DNA of 64,000 bases, taken from Lama guanicoe. Lineage: Eukaryota. The DNA is taken from NCBI GenBank assembly GCA_013239625.1, contig MU054187.1, forward strand, positions 995,587 to 1,059,586. Reading direction: 5' to 3'. The notes under the pieces are model-generated. The model did no database searches and had not been told where the DNA came from. It saw nothing but the letters and a program-made list of their open reading frames with translations. Of the stretch, positions 47,641-61,400 are shown one piece after another; the first letter of the stretch is position 1; every line of letters begins with the position of its first letter. Position numbers and translations under genes: made by a program.

Positions 47641-49259
47641 GTAAGATGATTGGTACTTGGTTTTTGTTTTAAGATCAGAGAATCCAGAGATTGAGAAAGA
47701 CCAATTGAAAGGGAGATGTGAGTGAAATAAGAGAAAAGGAAATAATCAATGGATGAGATTTCAGATACTCCAGAGTAGAAAAATCCCAGACTGATGAGTT
47801 CAGTCTTAATTCAACAAGGCCACTCAAGATAGTCTAAATCAGAAAATTAAAAAAGAAAGGATGGATACAGCTCTCTGTACATTTGTTGGATTTGGGGTAA
47901 ATATTAAGGATATTATTTTTAGAACTGGAAGTAAGTTTATTTTCTGTGAATAAATCTGGCTGCAGGGTTATAACTTCAAGGAAAATGGAGAAATTGGAAG
48001 ATACACCTGCTGAGGACTGGAGGAATTGTTGATGTAGAGGGTTGGTGGACTGAGTTGAGAACCCAGCTGAGTTTGGACACCATGAAACAATGGTGGTTTC
48101 AGTGTGTGCAGCTGAGTGATTTTGCTCCCGTAGCTTTCAGCAGTGCAGGGACTTTGCACATTCACCCAGCTGCGTTTCCCCTCACCCAGCACAGACACAC
48201 TATCTGGTCTGTGTGGAAGAATACGATAGCAGAAATGATCCGGATACTGACAGATAGAAATTTGTCATCTGTGCTCACTCATCTGTGTGAGTCTAGAACA
48301 CCCTCTGCTGTGTCCTGCCGGCCCCCGGCTGGACCTGGACATGCAGGCACAGTCCCCGCCTCCTCAGAGCGTCACCGCGGTCCTCTGTTACTTGAGTGTC
48401 ATTTATTCAGCTTCTTGTTGGTTGATGCTCAAGATACTTCTACCCTAAAGTTTTAAGGTTTTTCTAGACCTAAATGTCCATTTCTTTAAACATAAATATT
48501 TTCTGAGTTTCAGCGAGTCTACAAATTCACACTTGACAGTCGGGATGTATAACTGCTGGGAAAATGTGTCAAGTCTAAATTTTAAGAGGAAAAAAGGCCT
48601 TAGAAATCCAAAAAACTAACTGAACACTGGAAAACACATATGTTATTCCACTTAATGTTTAAATTTGCAGTTTTTGGTTTGTCTTGTTTTTACCAATTTA
48701 GAAAACAAGCCACTTAGCCCATTTCATTTAATTTCATCTTATTTCCCCAAATTTATTCATAAAACCAAATGAAATTGGAGGATGTAGTTACCATCTTACA
48801 ATCATGGCTTTACTTCCTCCGGGCGATGAGATTTCAAGGGAACAGCACCATGCCAGATTACCTGAAGTGTTAAACACCTTGGAAATGAGGGTGTTTATGC
48901 TCATTATTCTTGTATAAATGTATCAAGGTGAAACAGTGAAGCAGAAACCGTATGTTTTCTTTTCCCTCTCCAGCGTTTGATGAAGCCTTTGCACTTCATT
49001 CCTCACGTCCTTGTCCTTCTCCTTTTCCTTCAGTTCTAAATTTATCTATGAGCCTCACATTGCATGTGAGAGAGAATTATTTTGTTACTCTGTAGCTTGG
49101 AAATAAGGGCAAACTTAAAATACAGAAGACATTTTCTAAAACGATAAAGCCCCTGTAAATAAACAGACTGCAGCATTTCTCAAAATACTGACCATTAAAA
49201 AACTGCAATTATTTGAAGAAATGTCCTAATGATAATCAAAATGTTTATTAAAATTTGCC

Positions 49260-50590
49260 TTCCCGCTCCTGTTTCATTATGAGCCCACTCAAGTCATATT
49301 TCTCCCTCACCCCAGTACGGAAATGTTCTGAGGTCATCACTGAGATTTGTGTTGTTAAAACCATAACCAGTTCTAAGTGCTCATCCTGGTGGATGTCAGG
49401 TTGATCTCCGCCCCACTAGAGATATTCTGTCACTTGACTTCCAGAAAAAAAAAAACAGTGTTGTGATTTTCCTCCAATCTACTAGTTACTCTTTCTTAGA
49501 TTTTGCTGGGAGGTGTTCCTTCTTTGCTCCTTATCTTGAGATCTTGGTGTGCCCTGGGGGTTAATCCTTGGACATCTGTTATTTCATCCAGTTTCATGGC
49601 CTGAAAGACTATGCCAGGTCTGAAATTTGCATATTCAATCAAGACGTTGCCTCTAAGTCCACCTCATATATATGCAGCTCAATATAGCTCTTTGGGTATG
49701 CAAAAACCATATTAAAATTAAGTTGTCCAAACCTAATTCTTGACTTTTCTTTTCAAGCCTTCTCTTGTCCACTTTTCCAGTTGTTCAAACCAAAAATTTT
49801 CTTTTTTCTGCCTCCCATCTGTCACTTACTCCACTGAGAGAGTATTTCTTCATTCAAAACACACCAGAATCCAGCCATGCCACACACCCTCTGCTTTTCC
49901 TGTTTCAGCCAAGTGACACTGTCTTTTGCCTGGGTTATAATTCTGCCCTCTGGACTGGGTTTTTGTCTCTGTCCACTCTCTCCGCTCTATTCTCAACACA
50001 ATCGCCAAAGTGATCTTATTAAAATAAAGTCAACTCAAGTCTGATCAGCATCTGTCAGGATCTCAGTGACTTTTGCTCACTCTCCCACCAGCCCCAGTCC
50101 TCCCGGTGGCCTTTGCTGAGCCTGTCCACTCACCGCTGCCACACCTTTGGAGCACAGCTGTCACCCAGCCCAGCCCCACCCTTAGAGCCATGGAGGTCCC
50201 CTCTTCACACGGGGCTTGGCACTTGCTGTTCTGTCTGCCTGAACATCCTTTCTCTGATGTCTGCATGGCTCCCTCAGGACAGGCTCAGATGTCCCCTTCA
50301 CAGCTGCCTTCTCTGCCCCCTCTCTGAGATGAGTGCTTGCCCCCTGTCCCCTCCCCAGGCCACTGCTACCCAGTCCCATTCTCTGCTTTATTTTCTCTCC
50401 TTAGCGCTTACAGTCAGGTGGTGTACTAAATACACGGAATCCTTTGCTCAGTTTTATTTGCCTCTCTGACTAGAACAGATGCTGCAAAAGAGCTAGAAGG
50501 GTAGGGTGGTCTTTTAAAATTTTGTTCCCTGCTGTATCCCCAGTGCCTAGATCAGTCCCTGCCTTAGTGAATACGGTTGAATCGATCGGT
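49260..50590 (+). mobile_element. LINE-2 3' portion
   Basis: Pyrimidine-rich L2 motifs (cttgacttcca…tattctcaacaca…aagtgatctt…cacttgctgttctgtctgcctg) ending in tgttccctgctgtatccccagtgcctaga…gttgaat. Confidence 0.75.
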
Positions 50591-52679
50591 TAATTGTAGC
50601 TGATATTAGCATCTAATCACCCCTCACTGCAGGGCAAGGAAAGCCGTGGTCTGGCATGGCTTGGAAAGAGTCTGTCCACCCACCTGGGTTTCTTGTTCAG
50701 TGCTGACCGCAGTAGCCGGTGCTGCTCCGGGTCAGGCCCGGTGCCCTCTGTTCCTGCTTCAAGCTCCACGGTCCGCTTCTCTTCCTGCCTTTGGCCATTT
50801 GTGCTGAAGTGACTGATTGCTTGGACCTGAGCTTTTATATCTACAGCAGAGAGTTCTCAGCCTTTTTCTCACTCATCATTCCTAGTCCAGATTTTAAGCC
50901 CAGGTGTCATGAGCTGTAGTCCTAAAAATCTATCAATTCCAGTTCTTCCAAGTTTTTAAACAACAGAAATGCCGAAAGAGCTTGTGCGCTCAGACAGCAC
51001 CTGCTCCTCCCGGCTGGCCTGGAATGTTTTCTGTCTTTCTCATGCGTGTTGTAGCTCTCCCTGCCTTTACCCCTCCGATGGCTCTTCAGCTGTGACATCG
51101 CCAGGGGCCCTACACTTTTGTGAAAAGGAAGAAACTTCAGTGTTGAGCCTGACCTGAGAAAAGCTAGCCCGTAATGCAGATGTCACAGATGGTGCAGATT
51201 CCCTTAAGCAGTATCAGGTGTTGTCCTTGGTTGCAATCACCCAGACTTCTCCTCTCTCCTGCCCCCATGTCACATACATGTGTGAGATCAGAAATTGTGC
51301 TTTATGGATAGAGTCAGAAATAACTGCTTCCTGCCAGTTATTTAATGTACTTCAGTCCCCTCCTGTTAGTCTGCTGCAGATTTAGAGGAGAGGTGACCCT
51401 TCGTGTCAGTGGCATACAGTTATGTTTGTTTTAGCTGATTGAGGGGAACTGTTTCACCGTGTCTGAACTTTTGGCCCTTTGAAAGCATCAGAGCCTAGCT
51501 GCCAAGTGATACAGTTGTCAAAGGGTTGGGTTTTTTTTTCCCCTTTCATTTTCTTCCCAGACACCTTATCATCTGATTTAGTTGATAACTGGCCCACCAT
51601 CTCTGTCGAGGCACCAACAGCTCTCAGGGTGTTGTGGATTTTTAACTCCTTTGTGCACATGAGGCAGGCCTCCTTTTGCATGCTGGGAACAGAACGTAGG
51701 CGAGAAAGCAGTGAAACCACTGGAGGCTTCTGGTCTGTCCTGTGGACTGGCTCCTGTCGTGGAAGGGTGGGGACAGCTGCCCCTCAGGGGCAGGGAGCCG
51801 CCTCCGGTGCCAAAGCAGGTGCTCGTTCTGGTTGGTAAAGTCATCTCGCAAGTGTCAGGTTATTTGACTTGTACAGCCTCGTGTGAAGAAGGCAGGGCCC
51901 GAGCTCCGTTCTGTAGACAAGAACGCTCAGCTCAGAGAATTAGATGCTTGCCAGGTGACACGGGCAATAAAGGTGCGGTTTGGGCCGTGAGCCATGACCT
52001 CGGCTCTGGGACCAGCGCTCTTTCCAGCTGGCACCTCACTTGTTGTCATGTCTGTATGTGTTTGGCACCTCCAACTCCAGACATTTTATTCTGTTGAAAA
52101 CCCTGCTACTGAATAATGGACTCTGTGAAGAAGTGGAGGTGCAAACTGAAGTGATGCAATTAAATCATTTAGGAAAATGATGCATCAAAAAATACATATT
52201 TTTAAAAAATCTAATTTCAGATTTTTTTCCCTCCTCTAAATACAGGTGCACCGTGTCATTACTGTTTAGCCCTCAGGAGAGTCTGCTGCATTTCTTCCCC
52301 CCTTTTTCCCCTTTATCTGTGTTGTTGCCTCAACTATAATGGGTCTTCTGGAAGACATGGGTGATGTCTCTCATTTGTATATGTTATTAATGGTTCATAA
52401 CTGGTGTATAGTGTGACTAAAAGATTATTGATGATGAAATTTATTTATTTGTATGGTTCTCTATATCCGCCCCCACTCAGATCTATACATTTGTTTAATA
52501 TCGTGTCACAGTTTTCCCCTTTGTTTTGGAAAGAAATGTGAGAGTCCTGGGGGACTGCCCAGTTCTGTTGGTTTGCTATCAGCCTTGTTCAGGTTTCAAT
52601 TCTCAAAATTGTTTAAACAATTACATACAATACTTCCTCCAAATTTGGTAGATTTGAGCATTGTTTGAAATAATAACAA

Positions 52680-53360
52680 AATTTAAGTCATCTTATGACC
52701 CAGAAATTCCATTACCAAGTATACATCCAAGAAAAATGAAAACATGTATTCAGACAAAAACTTGTACAAAATGTTTATAGCAGCATTATTTATAATGGCC
52801 AAAGGTAGGAACAAACCAAAAATCCATCAGCAGACTGACGGATAAGCAAGCTGTGGATATGCACACAATGGAACATCACACAGCCATAAAAAGAAACCAG
52901 TCCTGACACACAAGGCAACACGAATAAACCTTGATGCTACAAGAAAGTCAGTGTTACAAAAGACAGCACACTGTATGATTCCATTTATATGAAATGCCAA
53001 GCATAGGCAGATCTATGAAGACAAAATGTATTTTAGTGTTTGCCAGAGACTAGTGGGATTGGGGAATGGTGAGTGACTGCTTAATAGGTACAAAGTTTTC
53101 TTTTGGGGTAATGAAAATGTCCTAAAACTAAATTTTGGTGACAGTTGCACAAATGTATAAATATACTAAAAACCGCTGCATTTGTACACTGTTAAAAGGT
53201 GAATTTAATGGTATATAATTTTTATTATATTTTTATTATTTTTGTGGTCAGTTTACAATGTTGTGTCAATTTCTGGTTTACAGCATCATGTTTTAGTCAT
53301 ACATATACATACATGTTCATTTTCAGAGTGGTATATGAATTATATGCCAAAAAAGCCATT
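52680..53360 (+). mobile_element. L1MB/ME-like 3' end interrupted by a younger insert
   Basis: tatgacccagaaattcca…atgtttatagcagcattattt…tgtatgattccatttatatgaaatg…gaaaatgtcctaaaact…gtgaatttaatggtat. Confidence 0.85.
53221..53328 (-). mobile_element. Very short lineage-specific L1 3' end nested in the older L1, with target-site duplication
   Basis: T-rich tail, then gtcagtttacaatgttgtgtcaatttctggtttacagcat…ttttca, flanked by tggtatataatt (53209-53220) and tggtatatgaatt (53329-53341). Confidence 0.75.
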
Positions 53361-54739
53361 ATGTAAAAGATGTAATGGCATTTTGTATTTGCTTAAGGAA
53401 ATTATTTCTTCTAAATACATAAAATATAAATGTTAACGACTGAATTTTAAATATTAATGCTGCTTCCCCCAAACAATGACAGTGGTCTTATGGAAAAAAC
53501 GAATGCTTTAGGAAAATCTTCATGGAATCTAGCAACAACCACCATTTTTGCATTAAGTACCTCTACTAAACAACTTCTATTTATTTAATTTAAAATACAA
53601 AATTTAAGTTCAAGAATAAAACAATGCATTTCAAAAATTTGATGTAATTACAGTTGAAAGATTTGTCTTACTTTAATTGAAAAGCAGGATTATTGTGTGA
53701 AATTTACTTTTCCCTTTGAAAATTCAGTTTAGAAGATAGATGTTTTTATTGCTGAATTACTTGATGTTTTCCTTTTTTTCCCTCCAAGAGGAGCTGTTCT
53801 TACATATAATAGAACATTTTGCTAATGCCTCTGGGGGGATAAGAATGATTTAGTGATTTTCTTTCTGGAAAATGCCCAAATGAAAATTGCTTGCTCACTT
53901 GGCATTATCAGTGGGAATTAAGTCATGGATCCATGTGTCTCCATCCTGTTCCCCAGAGTCTGGTCCTGCCTGATCCAGAACAGTTAGGGGAAGTGAATTT
54001 TATTGTGGTTGACCTAGGGTTTTTGCTCCAGTTGAAGGACTCTGCTAAAGATCCAGAACTATTTAGATCTTGATTTCCTGTTTGATTTTCAGTTTGCAGA
54101 AGGGCCCACATTATGGTCATAGTTAGAGGCCTATACATTGGGATCCTGTAGTTCTAAGGACATTATTTAAATTTCTTTTACCTGAATTTCTGGTGTTTTA
54201 TTAGAGCAATATGAATCTGCCATTAATGATTTTGTAAGGATTAAATTTGATGATGTACACAAGCTTTAGCATAATAACGTAAGTGGTTGTAATAGTGATC
54301 ATACGACTGCTTGAATTTTATTCTCTCTTCTGCCCCAAAGATTTTATCTACACCAGGTCAACAAACTTCACATAAATTGGGATTACTAAGTTCCAAAGGA
54401 TGTTTATTCTGGAATTTCTAGTAAATTTGGGAAACATACTCACTTTAATTACTTGTAACAAAGGCTGGTGGTTTCCCAGATCTGAGCGGGGGGATGATGG
54501 CAAGTCATGGTTACTGGGAGTTAAGGTTTTTGTCAGGACCTAGAGGAGCTGCACTTGAGTAATTCTGCCACGGATCTTGTGCTCATCCGCCTGACATCCT
54601 CCCTCTTTCCCTTCCCCTATTGGTCCCCCCCTACCCCCGCCACACGGCTCCTTTACTTTTGGTAAAGCTGACTCCATCTTGACGGTAGAAAAAGCTTGAA
54701 TCACTCAGTCCTCACATCCCACCCACTGGAGGTATCTAC

Positions 54740-55150
54740 TGTTGTAGTGATTGGCATATGACCTGATGTGGTCAATAATGTATATGTAGAGACATCAGGA
54801 ACCTTTAGAGAAACAAATAAATAGGCTTCCTTAGTCTCCTGAAATAACTTCCAGAAGAAATCCTCTCTCTGTCCTTAGAAGTAGATGATGAAAAAGCAAG
54901 TAGCCCCTTGGCTACTTTGAACTAAAAGGCGAGCTGGAATGAACCTGATGTCACACAATGCAAAGCAGAGTAAAGGAGCAAAGACTGGAAACTTTGTGAT
55001 GCTGTTACACTGCTGAGTTAAGTCGTGTGTGAAGAATCCCTGCCCACTGACTTTCTGTCATTTGAGCTAATAAACCCCCTTTATTACATGAACCAGATTG
55101 AATTATATTTTATTTGTTTGTTTTCTTTTTGGCAACAGCAAATATACTGA
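54740..55150 (+). mobile_element. MLT1 (MaLR) LTR, old
   Basis: 3' motif gactttctgtcatttgagctaataaaccccc…aaccagattgaatt…ttggcaacagcaaatatactga. Confidence 0.55.
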
Positions 55151-56087
55151 AATGCCACATAGAGTTGTATATGCATTTTCTATTTTTTCTGATATTAATA
55201 ATTCAAAAGATGTAGCCTAGTAAGGGTCTAAAACCTATTTATTCATACTGTTAATCACATAATAAACATGCATTAAAACAAAAAAGAAAAGCTTACATTC
55301 TAAACTGAGAAACGATGAGAATATAGAACATGGCTTACATGCTATCATGAGTGTTGAAGAAATAAAAATGAAATCATTCCAAGGATGACAAAAATTGGCC
55401 ATCTTTAGTAAGAGATTATATATTTTGTCATGATAACTTGTCACATATATATTACCTTTGAGTATTTGCATCTTCAAGAATTTTTAACTTTTCCTGTTAT
55501 GTTTCTCACTTTTGAAAAAAGAACACTAGACATTATTTGAGTACAATGACATAGTCTAGTAATATTACTGTAAAATTAAAAATAAATGGCCAATGGTCGT
55601 ATATTACAGTGAATTTTTATCCAAAATAAATTTGAAATGTGCTGTAAGGATTATTATATACATACAGTGTGTAAGTATGTCTACCACACTGCATTATTTT
55701 TGAAGTAGGAGAGAAGAGTTTTTATATACCCAGAAAATCAGTTCAGGTGTACAATGGTGAGTATCTGACGTTCAGGTATAAACGCCCCATGAGATGGAGG
55801 CTTGGTGGCGTGACGGGTGGGCACTGTGTTCTTGGGCATTTTTCTCTCTCTCGTTTAGACCAGGTAACATCTTTGTGCAGGGATGCTCCATGGGCCATTC
55901 CGTATTTTTAAGCACAAATATTTCTTTCTCCAAAGAAATGTGACAACTCTGAATTTTGAGGGCTTTGTTGGAGTTAATAGCTTTAAACTGTGTTTCTTTC
56001 CTTTTGAGTAGTATCCCTTTACTGTTAGCAAAATGTTAAATTCAATGCTGACAAGTTTTAATATTTCTTGTATATGTGTGATTCCAG

Positions 56088-56210
56088 GTGACTGTCCTAT
56101 AAGGCAAGAAAAGATCTTTTGAGCATTCCTGGGTCCTTCTATGTTTCTTTTGAGAATTGTACTAGTATTTGAATTTTGGACAGAAACTGTCAATCCCCTA
56201 ATGTCAGATG
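56088..56210 (+). other. Candidate exon (123 nt)
   Basis: Branch-like CTGAC near 56048, acceptor ttccag at 56087 and donor ATG|GTAAGA at 56211. Confidence 0.3.
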
Positions 56211-57034
56211 GTAAGAGAGATATTTTGTAAATTTATCCTCTTTTCTGATAAAGACAGGTGAATAGGCACTGAGAATACGGCAGTGAGCAAACACAGAAGC
56301 CTTCCCCCTGGGTCTTCTGCTGTGACGAAGGTGGCAGAGCCTTGAACAGCAACAAAATGTAGCATTTTGTTTTGTGGGAAAATCCTATATTACTCTATTG
56401 CCTCCTTGTTAGAACCTGCCGCAAGTACATCTTTGCACATGATGGACTGGGGTGGTCACACAGTAAGAGGGACATCCAATATGTTTGTGGGAAAAGGTTA
56501 AATGAGGTTGGCAAAAAATGAATTATTTTCCCACACATATTAATTCTGCCTAAAAAAGTGCTTTTATCTAACAGTTTTTACTGGTTGGACGTCGTGAACA
56601 CGCTGGCCTCTTCTGTGATGTTGCCTGCATCTCATTTTCTGTCTGCCAATCTTCATGTGGGACAGTGCAGCCGGGGCTGTTTCGCTGATTGTGTTTTAGT
56701 GACGTGGGAATTGAGGATGGATTGTTTAATGCTTTACGTGGAAATCTGGGCTTGGGGCACACAGAAAAAGTGCTGTCACTCACTCTCCTGTAGGTACCCA
56801 GGGTCAGCACTGTGGGTAAGGCCTGAAAGGTGTGTGAGCCACAAAAACGTTGTAAAGTACAGGGTCCTGACAGTATCAGTCCTTCACGTTGGTACAAACG
56901 TTAACATTCCAGACAGGTTCTGTATCTGTTATTGTCTCATCGTACTGCAGTGACTCTGAGGCTTGGAAGTCAGGTTACTGAACTCACTGGGATGTTAGGT
57001 CCTGTTTTACAATGTAGGTTGTATTATTATTTAG

Positions 57035-57540
57035 GTGTGGGAGGTCAGCGGATCAGGAGGTGATGCTGTTGAGAAGGGAGTTTGTTGCTTTTGGTTCCCA
57101 AGGTGGGGGGTGGGGCACACCACTCCACGGGGGCCACGTAGAGGGAGGCACCAGGCTCCAAACAGAAACCAAGGGGAGGCCAGTGGTGGGCAGGAGCCTT
57201 TCTTGGGTTCTCATGGGAAGGAACAGGGAAGGCAGGTAAACAGGCGTAGGATGAGCTGGTTTGAACTTTTCAATGGGCTTTGGGGCAGAAGGGCTCTCCC
57301 TTGTTGTCTAGTACCTGTCTCTGGGGTTACCAGGACAGCTGGGGGCTGGCCTGGAGGGTGGGAGCCCCATGGAGGGGGTGGTTGGAGTGTGGGCTCGGGA
57401 CAGATTAATTTCAGTAGTGAAGGTGTGCTCACAGGTGAGGGTGATGTGTCTGCTACGTCTGGGAATTGGCTAGCCCTGGGAGTGGCAGTCCCAGGACAAC
57501 AAGGCCCAGATGTCAAAGCATCTGAATAAAAAGAGGCGCT
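57035..57540 (-). mobile_element. MER21/MER77-like ERVL LTR
   Basis: gggccacgtagagggaggcaccagg…ggaaggaacagggaaggcaggtaaacagg…gctggtttgaac…gggctttgggg…cagatgtcaaagcatc. Confidence 0.55.
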
Positions 57541-58459
57541 TACACAAGCTCAAGCACTTTGCTCAATAAGTATTTTTTAACAGAAAGAATGAATGAAAAA
57601 TTGATTCACAAATTATCATAAAGTAATCTTACCAGTGTTTAATCGTGGTGGAGAGAAATAGCATTGTTCTTTAATGGAGTGATTTACTGAATGCATAGAA
57701 GACTACAAAGATTAAGAAGGCTTTAAAAAAATAGGAACAGGCAAATTAGAACTATGTCGTAGGTTTTTAATTTGCTCCTGCATTTCTCAAATCAGATTCT
57801 CTGTGGAAGGTTTGCTTGTAAGGTTCTTTAATTTATGGATTTCTTTTTACTTCGTGAAACTTTCTCTTTGTCAAATCTGTACCCTTCAAGATGGGGATGA
57901 TTATATACATACTTTATCAGTATGGCTCTCTGTGAAAGTAACTGGACAAAAGTTAGGTAAAAATGTTGTTTCTTTTTTATGGTACTTTCATGTAATTCTA
58001 TAAAACTTTAAATATATTTAACATATTTTCCTGGGAAAATTACAAAGATAAAAAGTAAACATGGGCCCAGGGTTTTTGTAGGTACCCATGCTGGGGAAGA
58101 CAGACTTGGAACTTGAAAAGTTTACTCTGGGGACAAATTCCAGAGTTGCAGAGTAAGGAAGGACCTTGATGAACTCAGATTTCCTCTAAAGCAACAGATA
58201 TGTTGAAACAATGAAAATCAGCCATTTCAGAATTTCCACGATTAACCAAGGCCACAGAATGGACTGAAGACCATCTGTCCAGGAGGAAACACTGAACTTC
58301 AGTGAGACATCAGGCTCTGTGATGTCCTGATGTGGGGCCGATCCTCCTTCCACCCGCACCAGCTCATCGATGTGGCAGCTGAAAGTCAAAATCACTGCAG
58401 ATAGCGGGGAGGTGTGACCATTAAAGCACTGTCTCAGAATGCAGTTGATTATTTTGTCC

Positions 58460-61400
58460 AAATTTGCAACTCCGTGGGAAATCTGAGAGTATGGCTATTT
58501 CATTTGACTCAGAGCTTAGCTTGGGGTGGGAGGTAAAATAAAAAGTCTCCCCTGCATTATTCCAGAAACAATAGAAACATCTGCTAACACTGTAGGTACT
58601 TAAGGCTGCAACGTTTGTTGGGGCAGACATGATAGGGGCTTCAAAGAAAGCTCTGAGATACTCCTGGGTATCTAAAAGGATGGTTGAATGTGCAGAAAAT
58701 ATCTTGAGAAGAGAGAAGGCACCAGTCAAAGACCTTGGGCTGGCCTCAGGGCTCTGCACAAGTCAGAAGTGAGACCTACAGCTGTCTTGTAAACTGGCTG
58801 AAGCCGGAAGGTATGCCCTCACACACGGGCATTCCTTTGGCCAGGGATGGAAGATCTGTATCAGGAAGGAACTTAAGGAAATATAGCCAGTCATTGGCTC
58901 ACCAGTAAATTGTATGACTTCCAGGAAACCAAACTTAAAAATAGTAACAAGAACTTAAAATACAATGTTAGGAGAGAGCTCAGGGACGCAAACTTCTGGA
59001 AACTCAAGTTCTGTATTTTTTCCCCAGAGAATTCTTAAACAAAAAAAGAACAACAAGAACAACAGTGACAAGAGACCTTGGGGTGGGTGTGGTGAGGGGG
59101 GTGGAAGAATCTGACAGCAGAGAAGTTGTAACATATTATATAAAATATGCAGTTTTCAACAAAAATGTATGAGGTATGCAGATAAACAGAAAATTATGCC
59201 ATATGCACAGGGAAAGAAAGGAGCCAACAAAAATGCCCTGAAAGAGCCCAGATTTGGGACTCAGTAGAAAGAGATGTTAAATCAATACTAATAAAGATAT
59301 TTAAGGGGCAAAAGGAAACCATGTCTAAAGAATTGAAGGAAGGTATAAAAATAAGTCTCACTCAATAAAGAATATCAACAAATAAACAGAACTGAATTGA
59401 ACTTCTCATATTGTGAAGTAAAATAATTGAAGTGCAAAATTCACTGGAGGACTTCAGTGACAGATTTGAGCAAGCAGAAAAAAGAATCAGGGAACTCGAA
59501 GAGAGGTCAGTAGAGATTATGCAGTTTGAGGAACAGAAAAAAAAGCAGTTAGTAAAAATGAATAGAGCTTCAGTGATGTTTGGGATACCGTGAAGCTTAC
59601 CACAAGATCAAATATACAAATACATACGCACACACACACATGCAGAAGGAAAAAAGAAAGAGGAAAGGACAGAAAAAATATTTGAAGAAATCTAAATAGA
59701 ATAAACTCAAAGAAATCTACTCCAGACACATAAAAAATGACTTCTGTTCAAGGGATACTTAATAAGATGAAAGGCTAACTTCTCAGCAGAAATTGTAGAA
59801 GCCGGAAGACATGAGATGACATTTCGAAGTGCTAGAAGAAAAAGGCTGTTGATTGAGAATTCTATATGCATCTAAACGCATCTTCAATAAGAAAGGAAAA
59901 ATAAAACACTTGCAGAAAAAACAAAAACTGGGAGACTAGCAGACAAGCCCTATAAGAAACATTAAAGTGAGCCTTGCAGGCTGAAATGAAAGGGTGGTAA
60001 ACAGCTTCTCAGAAACATACAAAGAAATAAAGAGCATGAATGCACTGTGTCATGAAAGGCAATGTAGACATACTTTTGGTGGGTTTTTTTTGTCATATTT
60101 GTTTTAAATATAACTGCATCAAGCAATAATTATAAAACAGTTTGATGATTATAAAATAATTTGATGACCTTGTAATGGATAACAATGTAATTTGTATGAT
60201 GATAATAATACAAATGAGTGTGGAAGAAACAGAAGTATATTAGAGCAAAGATTTTGTATGCTATTTAAATTAAATTATTATTAATGTTAACCAGATTGTT
60301 TTAAGTTGAAATGTTAATTGTCATCTCCAGGGCACCTACTAAGAATATAACTGAAAAAGAAGACAGGAAAAGAAAGAATAAAGGAATTTAAAAAGTATGC
60401 TAGAATAGCTCTACTTAAAAGCAGAAGAAGGCATGAATGGTTGAGTAAAGAGACAAAGGACATGTAGAAAACAAATAGCAAAAAAAAAACCCAAAACCCT
60501 TTATAATGATAAGAATGTTATTTAATCAGAAATGTATATGATTATGAACCTGGATACACCTAAAAATCGATCCTTAAAATAAATGAAGCAAAAACTGGCA
60601 GAATTAGAGAGAGAGGTAATTCAGCAATTTAGTTGGAGATTCAATACAAACTTTCAATAGTGGATAAAACTAGACAGAAGGTCAGTGAGAAAACAGGAGA
60701 CGTGAACAGCTCTGTAAAACCACCAGGCCTGGCAGACATCTACAGAACACGGCATATACCAGAGAAAAGTATTTTTCTCATGTGCACTTGAGACTGAAAA
60801 ACACAAACCTTTTTGAAAGAAATTAAAGTATTTTAAAATAAGTGAACGGACAACCAATTCTCATCAATCATAAGACTGGGCATTATTAAGATTTCAGTAT
60901 CCCTTACATTAATCTACAGGGTCAGTGTAATCCTCATAAGAATGCTAGGAAACTGGCAAACTGCTCATAAAATTCATATGAAGAGGTAATGACTTACAGC
61001 AGTCAAAATCATTTTAAGAAAGAATATCATTGGAGGATTCATCTTTCCTGTTTTCAAAGCGTACTGTCAAGCTACAGTAATAAAGATTTTGAGGTACCGG
61101 CCTGAGGATAGACATACAGATCTCTGGAATATAATTGAGAGTCCGGAATAAACCTCCAGATTTATGCTGAATTGATTTATAACAACAGAGTCAAGTCAGT
61201 ATTCTGTCAATATTCAAGATGACTGACGTCAATATTCTCTCTATATTCTTGTCAACAAACGGTTCTGGCGTGACTGGGTTTCCACATGCAAAGAATGCTT
61301 TGGATTCTACCTCTTAACATACTCAAAAATCAACTCAAAATGGACTATAGACTGAAACATAAGAGCTAAAGCAATGAAATGCCCACACGAAAATGTAGGA

